From the human T2T-CHM13v2.0 reference genome, Homo sapiens: a DNA stretch of 64,000 bases. Made by a program: the position numbers and the translations under genes. The stretch lies in assembly GCF_009914755.1 (NCBI RefSeq), contig NC_060925.1. One strand, given 5' to 3'. Within the stretch, counting starts at the first letter, position 1. The number at the start of each line of letters is the position of its first letter. Positions 55,485 through 64,000 of the stretch are shown one piece after another. The notes beneath the pieces are model-generated. The model saw only the letters and a list, made by a program, of their open reading frames with translations. It was not told where the DNA came from and searched no databases.

Positions 55485-57780
55485 TTGAATGCAAGGTTCA
55501 TTCAGCATTTAAAATTCAATTAATGTAATTCACCATGATAAAACAAAGAAGGAAATCTATGTGATCATCTCCATAGATACAGAAAAAAATGCATTTAACA
55601 AAACTCAACATTCATATGATAAAAACGTTCAGCAAACAGAATTAAAGGAAACTTCCTCAGCCTGAAAATGACCATCTACAAAAAAACCTAGAGCTAACAT
55701 AGTAATGGTGAAAGACTGAATGCTTTTCCCCAGAGATCAAGATTAACACAAAGGTGTTCATTCTTACCACTTCTATTCTACATTGCATTGGTGATCCTGG
55801 TCAGTGCAACATGGTAAGAAAAAGAAATAACAGTTACATATATTGGAAAAAAGTAATTAAAACCCCCTCTATTAACAGATGACATGATTGTTTATACAGA
55901 AAATTTCAAAGAATTTGCCAAAAAGAGACTAGAACAAATAACTTTAACATGGTCACAGGATACAAAGTAAATATAAAAAATTAGTTGTTTTTATACGCTA
56001 GCATTGAACAATTTGAAACTGAAATTTTTAAAGTACTATTAATTTTTTTAAATGAAATAATTAGGTATACATTTAACAATAGTAGCAAGATTAGAATGCC
56101 AAAAACTACAAAACACTGATAAAAGAAATTACATAAGCCCAAATAAATGAGCTATATTTCACGTTCACTGATTGAAATACTCAACGTTGCTAAAATGTTA
56201 ATTTTTGCAAATTTAATCTCTGCATTCAATGTAATCCAAATGAAAATATCAATAGGATTTTTTTTTGTAGAAATTGATAGGCTGATTCTAAAATTTGTAT
56301 GGAAAGCCAAAGGAAATAAAACAATAAAAACCAATTTGGAAAAGATGAACAAAGTTGAAGGACTCACACTATCTGACTTCAAGATCTGTTATAGAAGCAC
56401 AGCAATCAAGATAATGTAGAGTTGGCAAAGGATAGAAATAAACACAATAAAGAATGCAGAAATAGGCTCACACACTTATGATTAATTCATTTTAAACAAA
56501 GGTGTAAAGCGAATCTCTGGAGAAAAGGAAGTCCTCTCAACAAACAAAGCTAGCACAATGCATGCAGCCATATTGCAGGGAAATGAACTTCAACTCAAAT
56601 TTTATACAATCAAATGCAAAAACTAACTCCATTAAAACTCAGATTTAATATAAAACTTCGAAGAGAACACAGAAAATATCTGGGATCTTGGGCTCAGCAA
56701 AGATTTTTAAAATTATACCTAAAAAAGTACAAATGATATAAGGGAATCTGATAAATTGCACTTCACCAAAATTAAAAGTTTCAGCTCTTTGAAAGACACT
56801 TAAAAAAATAAGAAGACAAACCATAGAATGTGAAAATATTGCAAAACATGTTTTTTCTTACATATTGATATTCAGAATATTTAAAGAGCTCTCAAAACTC
56901 AAGAATGTAAACAAACCAGTTTAAAAATATACAAAAAATTTAAATAAATACTTCATCACATAAGATAGCAAATAAGCACATGAAAAGATACTCAATATCA
57001 ATAACATGTCCATTGAAACCACATGAGATATCACTATGCAACTATTAACTATTTTATATACATGTATTAGTGTATGTGTTGAGAGAGAGAAGGAAGGAGA
57101 GAGAGTAGGTTATATGTAATAATCGACAATACCAAATGCTGGAGAGGATGTGGAATAACTCTGATGCTTTGGTGGCAGGGATGTAAAATGGAAAACAGTT
57201 GGGCATTTTTTTCTTATAAAACTAAAAATACACTTACTGTAACACACTGAGCAATCTCACTCCCAATTCATACATATTACCCATGAGAATGAAAACATAC
57301 TTCTACCCAAAAGCCTGTACACAAATGATTATTTCTTCTTTACTCATAATTTCGAAAACCTGATAAGAACCCAAATCTTCATCAGTTACTGAATGGATAA
57401 ACAGTCTTACCTTCTTGCAATTGAATGCTACTCAGCAATAAAAAGACCCAAACCATTAACACATGCAACAACAAAGAATAATCTCAAAATCATTTTTCTA
57501 AGTGAAAGTAGCAAGGTTCAAAAGGCTATATATTGTATGACTCCATTCATATTGCATCTGGAAAGGGTAAAATTCTAGGGACAGTGAAGAGATGGAGTGT
57601 TGCTGGGAGCTGGAATTAGGGCATGGTATTGAAAACAAAGAGCATTGAGAACTGTTTTGGAGGGGAAGGAAGTGTTCTACAGCTCGATTGTGGTGGTAGT
57701 CGCACAGTGTATACCTTTGTACACCTAACATGATGAATTATAAGTGAATTACATATCAATAAACTCAACTTTAAAAAAGT
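55485..57780 (+). mobile_element. Old L1M, ORF2 3' half plus 3'UTR
   Basis: RT-region text (acagatgacatgattgtttatacagaaaat) and translated FFVEIDRLILKFVWK...GLTLSDFK. Confidence 0.85.
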
Positions 57781-58700
57781 GGAAGTGACCTGGACCTCTG
57801 TTGCCTCTGAGATGTCCATCCTAACCCCAGTTTCTCACTCTTCACCCTACTGTAATCCAGTTTCTATCTCCACCACTGCACAAAAAACTCATTTTGTTAA
57901 GGTCAGCAAAAACATTCTGATTGCAAAATTCATCCTCAGTTCTTCTTATGACTTCTCACAACTTTTAGCATAATCAATAACTTCTCCTTTGAAATATTTT
58001 CCCTTTCTCTTCCACAATGCTGCTCTCTCCTAATCATGCATTCTTAGCGTGATGAAAAGTTCCTCAACCCCCTAAATATTGGTGCTGCTTAGATTCCCAT
58101 ATTTAGAATACCTTTCTCATTTTCTATTTACTTATGACTCGTTTGTTTTAAAGTAAAGTTGAGCATTGTAAACAAGGGCATCACTTTTGTATTTTAGGGT
58201 ATTTACCTTTGTATCAATTGGAAGATAAATTTGAAAAAGGCAAAACTGAAGGAAGGCGGGTAGGTTGGGAGATGATATGGAGAAGTGATGGATATCCAAA
58301 TAGTAGGGCTTTGGAAGATAAGGATAGATTAAAGAGATGTAGAAGAAAGAATCAGTAGGGCTTGGCAATACATTGAACACAGCTAGGACAGGGAAATAGA
58401 ATTGTTAGATGAATGGTCAAATTTATGGTCAATTTATACAATCTGAATAATGGTGGAGTCATTCGGCAAGTCAGCGAACATAAGAAAAGGAAGAGGTTTG
58501 GGTATAAAGTGATTATTTCAGCTTGGAAAATAATAAGTTTGATAATCCTATCAGGAAGATATTTAAAGAAATCAATCTGTATCCCAGGGAAGGAGTAGAG
58601 GCACTATATATACATATTTCCATTTATATGACATTCTGGAAGGGGTAAAATCCCAAGGACAACAGAGATAATAGATTGCCAGGAGCTGGGGTCAGGAAAT

Positions 58701-58703
<3 letters not shown>

Positions 58704-58748
<45 letters not shown>
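58704..58748. repeat. (TG)n microsatellite, about 22 units
   Basis: Uninterrupted TG run. Confidence 0.95.
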
Positions 58749-58753
<5 letters not shown>

Positions 58754-59374
58754 GCAGATATAGACTATATATGTGACTATATATATGTATAATAGTTGTC
58801 TATTTCTTTCAGAAGTAAAGAAGGATTCAAGTCTCCATGTATTTCTCTATGTTATTCTCTCCACTTGCAATGCTCACCTTCTTCATCTGTTATTTCCAAT
58901 TCATCCTCCATGACATGATTCAGATGCCATCTACTTGAGGAAATCTTCCTTGATTAGCCCCATTCCCTCAAGCCCACCTTTATCCCCTAACTCCACGCTG
59001 TTAGATGCACATTTTTGGACATTTTAATGTCACATTTATAACACTCTAATGAATGTAGCATTTAGGGTACTTTAATGCAACTGTTGATTAGTTTAGTTGT
59101 CATTTTCCCACAAAAGATTGTCAGCTCCTTGATGTCTTTCATCTGTGGAACATGAGTGTTTTTTACAGTGCCTGGCTTATAGGAAATAGTCAAATAGGGT
59201 TGCAGCATTACACTGTTGGAAAGAACATGGTGTAAGAAATCAAGTAGATATGAGTTTGAATTTTGACTCTGCTAGCCATAGTCTGTGTGCTTGGTTAAAT
59301 CGTTCAATCTCTTTGAGTTTAGGTTTCTATAAAATAGAGATTATAATGCTACTTTCCTCATCAAGTTTTTGTCA

Positions 59375-59906
59375 TGTATTAGTAAACTACTGCCGCATAA
59401 CAAATTTTCCCAAAACTCTGCAACTTAAAATAATGTCCATTTATTATCTCACAGTTTCAGTGGATAATGGCTTAGCTGTATTCTCTGCTTCAGAGTCTCT
59501 CACATGGCTACAATCAAAGTGTTCTCCAGGGCTGGGGTCTCCTCTGATGGCTCAACAGGGAATTAGTCCACTTCAAAGTTCATGTGTGTGGTTTTTGGCA
59601 GGTACAAATTCCTTCAGGGTGGTTAGACTGAGGATCTCAGTTTCTTGGTGGCAGTGAGCCTTCTCTAACAATGGCAGTTTGACCACAGTCATTATGAAAC
59701 AGAGTCTTCTGGCAAGGTGGAAGTCAAGATCTTTTGTTACATAATCACTGAAGTGATATCTCACGACCTTTGCCATATTCTGTTGATTAGAAGCAAGTTG
59801 CTAGTTCCAGTCCAGACTCAAGGGGAGGGGCTTATCCAAGGATGTGAATGCCTGGACATGGGGATCATTGGGAGCTATAGAGTCATATAGAACTCTGCCT
59901 ACTACA
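59375..59906 (-). mobile_element. MLT1-family LTR inserted in a MIR
   Basis: tgtattagt...catttattatctcacagtttc...tgccatattctgttgattagaagcaag...ctgcctactaca. Confidence 0.75.
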
Positions 59907-60117
59907 TGTGAGGACCAAGTCAATAAAACCAAAAGATTCACTAGATGCCTAATATTATACATGGCAAGTGCTCAAACAGCTATTTATGTCCAATGGATAA
60001 ATGAACTCATCCATCAATCAATTGTTCTGCAATTAACCGGAGTAACCACTAGATGGTGGTGCATCCTTCACAGCATTGTGCCATAAAAGTAGGGTCAGAG
60101 ATTTTGAATGTAAGAGC

Positions 60118-60262
60118 TTTTTTTTTTTTTTTTTTTTTAAAACAGATAAGGTCTTGCTCTGTCACCCAGGCTGGAGAGCAGTGGCGCAATCTTGGCTCAC
60201 TGCAGCCTGCAGCCTCGACATCCTAGGCTCCAGCAATCCTCCCATCTTGGCCTCTAGAGTAG
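60118..60262 (-). mobile_element. Truncated AluJ/FRAM-like fragment
   Basis: Poly-T followed by ggtcttgctctgtcacccaggctgg...cctcccatcttggcctc. Confidence 0.8.
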
Positions 60263-60482
60263 CAGAACCAGAAGTAAAAGAGCATTTTTTTTTTTTTTGA
60301 TGATGATGATGATGATGTAATACACAAAGACACATTTTAAAAACAGAAACTATACACTCCTAACTAAATCTCTTTTGTATCTCTGGAACTCTTACAAAAC
60401 CTATCCTGCTTCTTCCTTCCAGAGTAAATTATAAAATGTGCAAACAAAATAAACAGAAACTCCTCTCCTCACTTTGATGTAC

Positions 60483-60557
60483 AAGGTTTCTCACTCGGAT
60501 ACTATCCAGCCCTGATTTAAGGTTTCTCACTCAGATACTATCCAGCCCTGATTTAAG
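60483..60557. repeat. 36-bp tandem duplication (1 mismatch)
   Basis: aaggtttctcactc(g/a)gatactatccagccctgattt repeated twice. Confidence 0.95.
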
Positions 60558-61825
60558 TTTCCTTTTGACTCTTAAAGACTTAAAAGCTTTTGTGTTTCTG
60601 TTTTGAAATATGTCTGTTATCTTTTTCTAAATTAAAGTAAAACATATTCATTGTAGAAAATTTGGAAAATATAGAAAAGAAATAAAGGAAGTTAAAAATT
60701 CTAATCGCACACCTAAAAATACTTTAGTATATCTATTCTGCTTTCCTTCCCTTCTTTTCCTCTCTGTTTTTCTCTATTCTTCCCTTCCCCAACACACACA
60801 TACATATACACAGAGAAATTGAAATTATATTATATATAGTTTTGTATCCGAATAAATTGCTACCTCACAATATCTTTAAACTTCCTTTTTGTAATACAAT
60901 TTTTGAGTCCTTGCCTTTTACTGCTGTGTTTAAGCATATATATAGCTATTATTATACCATTTGTAGTGCCTTGCTCCTACCTTCTCATTTTCTGTTATTG
61001 TAGAGTGTGGGTTTTTTTAAATTGGTGTTTTAAAAATAATTTTTGTATTTTTTGTATATTATTTTGTTGATGTTTATCTCCACCAGTGTTCTGGAATTTC
61101 CATATTTTGTTTTCATTAGGCTACTTTTAAACTTAAAAACATTTTTTAAATGTTTTAATCTATTCTCCTCTAATTACCAAGGTCAAAGTGAAATCATATT
61201 GTTTTGATTGCCCACTATGTAAGACAAAGAATTTAGCATGTTTTAAATAAAATTTCATCTTTTCCATGATAGCATGGTCTTTGCTAACATAATCATGAGC
61301 TTGGGAACAAATTGTTGTCATCCAATTATTATTTTAACATTTTGGAAATTTATTTTTGAAGAATAACCTTGAACAATTTGTCGTATTTTGTGTCTTCTGT
61401 TTTGCAAAATGATTTAGCCATACTTTCAAATTGAACTGGTTTTAATGTTTATGACCAGTTCTTTAATAATCTGCCCACTAATATTTGATAATGTACTATT
61501 TTATGCTATTTAACTAATATTCTTCCCAATGATATTATAATTTTTCCCTTAGTCACATGAAGTTTATCTTTAAGTATTTTTAGGCTATGCACTTATCATA
61601 AGTAGTATCTCTTTCTGTTATCTACAAATTTGAATGACAGTTTCTCTGTGCACAGAATTTCAGGGTCTCAGTCTTTTATATTCAAAATGTTTTAACTTTA
61701 ATTCTATTATTTTGATATTCTTTTGGCATTTATTTGTATCTTTTAAATTTGTTTATTTTTATGTCTTTTAAAATATTTTAATATAAATTAATATTTTTAT
61801 GTTTTCCTTGTATCCACAGTTAATT

Positions 61826-62265
61826 TTTATTATTGTTTTTCTTCTTTTTGTTTTGTTTTCTTTTTAACTTTTATTTTGGGATTAGGAGTACATGTGCAGG
61901 TTTGTTATACAGTTAAACTCGTGTCACAGGAGTTTGTCGCACAGATTATTTTGTCATGCAGGTGCTAAGCCTAGTACTCAATAGTTATTTAGTTATTTTT
62001 TTCTGCTCCTCTCCCTCAACTTACCCTCCATCCCCAAGGAGTCCTCAGTGTCTGTTGTTCCCTTCTTTGCGTTCATGAGTTCTCATCATTTAGCTCTCAC
62101 TTATATGTGAGAACATGCAGTATTTGGTTTTCTGTTCCTGCATTAGTTTCCTAAGGACAATGGCCTCCTGCTCCATCCATGTTCTCACAAAAGACATTAC
62201 CTTGTTCTTTTTTATGGCTGCATAGTATTCCATGGTGTATATGTACCACATTTTCTTTATCCAAT
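61826..62265 (-). mobile_element. 5'-truncated primate L1 (older L1PA) 3' end with TSD
   Basis: gtacatgtgcaggtttgtta...atggctgcatagtattccatggtgtatatgtaccacattttc. TSD CACAGTTAATT at 61815-61825 and 62266-62276. Confidence 0.88.
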
Positions 62266-63129
62266 CACAGTTAATTATTTCATCATTATTTAGATGTATG
62301 TCGTTTAAAATTAATGTTGACTAAAAGATAGTCATCCATTTTAATATGCTGTCTCCTGTCTTATTCAACAAGAAAAATAGGTCAGCTGTCTTTTATTGTT
62401 AATCCACTTCAAAGTATTTTGATTTCTCTCTCAGTTACATTTGAAATTTTAAGGTCTAATTTCTGTTCTCTAGTCCCTTTATCTCTGGGATAGTTTCTCA
62501 GTTTTGTTCTCTTATCACAGATGCAGTTTTAAAATTTTTATTGAAGTACAATAAACAAAAAATTACATAAACCAAGTATTTAGCTTAATGAGTTCTCATC
62601 AACTAAACATATCTGTATAACTAATTCCTAGATCATACTGCTTTGATTATCTGCAGTACCAGTTTTCCACTTTTCTGCCCCCAATGTAGATTTTAATAGC
62701 ACTATTGCAATGCTAGTTTTAGTTTATTCTTGTTATTTTACACTGCATCCTTTTCTTCTCTGTCTGTAGTCCTTAATCCCATCCTGTTGTCTTTTCAGTT
62801 ATTGTTTTCATTTTTGTGTCTTTTTACTTTATTTCCACAGAAATCAAGTTTTCACACATATTGTCATGAAAATAATGTAGTATTCTAAAATGTTCTTGAT
62901 GTTTTGTTATAAGCCAGATTTTGGGTTTTCTTCCTTTAGCTCTTTAGCGTTATGTTCCCTTTCTTTTGTGGAGCACTAGGAATACATAATGTATGTATGT
63001 ATATGTATAGATACTCAAACACACAACATGTGTCTGTCCAATCATCATGTATTCCCTCTTGCTTTACCTCTTCATAAAAGAACAGTGGTTTCTTTAATAA
63101 CCTTCTTTTCCTAGCAGCCAGGTACATTA

Positions 63130-63547
63130 GAGGAGGCTGACTTCATTCTCAGTTCCAAAGAATAATCCTCTTTCCTCCCACTTCTTGCCATTGATCCATT
63201 TAGAGATGAATATGAGTAAAGGTTTGCTGATGGCTTCTCGGGAAGTTCTCATTTGTTCTTTAGGTAGAGACATCAGGGGGACGTGAATGAGGAAGCATGT
63301 AGATAGAGTGCTACTTGCAACCATCCTATAACTTCAAAAATGTCTTTGAGGTAAAGCTGAAACTTTGACCAGTGAAGTGAAGAAGTGGTAGATATCTGAG
63401 TTCTTGATCTTTTTGAGTCTTCAAGATAACCCTGCTGATGTTTTTTTTTTCTTGGACTTTCTCCTTATATGAGCCAATAAATTTTAATATTTAGGGAAGC
63501 TTCATTTAGGTTCTCTATTGCTTGCTGCCAGATCATCCTAACTTACA
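63130..63547 (+). mobile_element. MLT1-family LTR (diverged)
   Basis: 3' end reads tggactttctcc...tgagccaataaatt...cttgctgcc...cctaacttaca. Confidence 0.55.
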
Positions 63548-64000
63548 CATAACTACAATCTGATGTTGAAAGGAATTAGTTTTCTCTTTCTCTCTCTCTC
63601 CCTCTCTCCCCCTGCCCCGCTCTTCCCCACATCTCCTTAGCAAGTGCACAACCAGACCTAGTGTTTGCTAACAAAATAAATCTGTGAGCTGTCATTAGCC
63701 AGGTTCACTGACCACCTTGAGGAACAGTCAAAGCTCCACCTCAGATACATAGTAGAAATTGCTGTTCAAGTTCCGGTAGTTGGTAACCATCTGTTGTAAT
63801 AATACTAAACTGTACTAGGATCTAACCAGTTTCACAGATACTTCAAACCAAGCAGATATCTTCTCTGTCACTTGTAAGATAAATAAAATATAGTCCTCTG
63901 TTGCTTTTGCCTTGTTTTGTTCTGCAAGTTGTCATTTCTCAAAGCATGGAGAAGACAGAGTATAAGAATGACAAGGAAAATAGTATTCAGACTAGCTCTG

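Noticed and set aside
47798-58748. Dinucleotide microsatellites: (CT)(AT) at 47798, (CA)(TA) near 52060, (TG) at 58704
   Set aside because: Ordinary short tandem repeats with nothing unusual.

Overview
Human genomic DNA (AT-rich, Alu/L1/LTR-rich, includes an AluYb8) from inside the CRB1 gene (Crumbs homolog 1) on the + strand. It covers the end of intron 2, coding exons 3 (4127-4322), 4 (7186-7325) and 5 (16649-16831), which encode EGF-like repeats, and about 47 kb of intron 5. All other long ORFs in the track are repeat-derived or chance. Intronic features include a sense MRPS21 processed pseudogene with TSD and poly(A), an antisense solo LTR12C with an unusual C26 run in its core promoter, a deleted two-LTR LTR40/ERVL-type provirus that still shows integrase and gamma-type env motifs, and a young AluYb8. 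There are also Tigger elements, old L1/L2 relics and several micro-duplications. I see no convincing new biological system. The best leads are (i) the pseudogene acting as an alternative terminal exon that would give a short secreted CRB1, (ii) the env-bearing class III provirus, (iii) the poly-C/G4 insert in the LTR12C promoter, and (iv) weak splice sites plus inverted Alus around the in-frame exon 3+4 cassette. Repeat subfamilies were assigned by eye from remembered consensus sequences and need RepeatMasker/Dfam confirmation.
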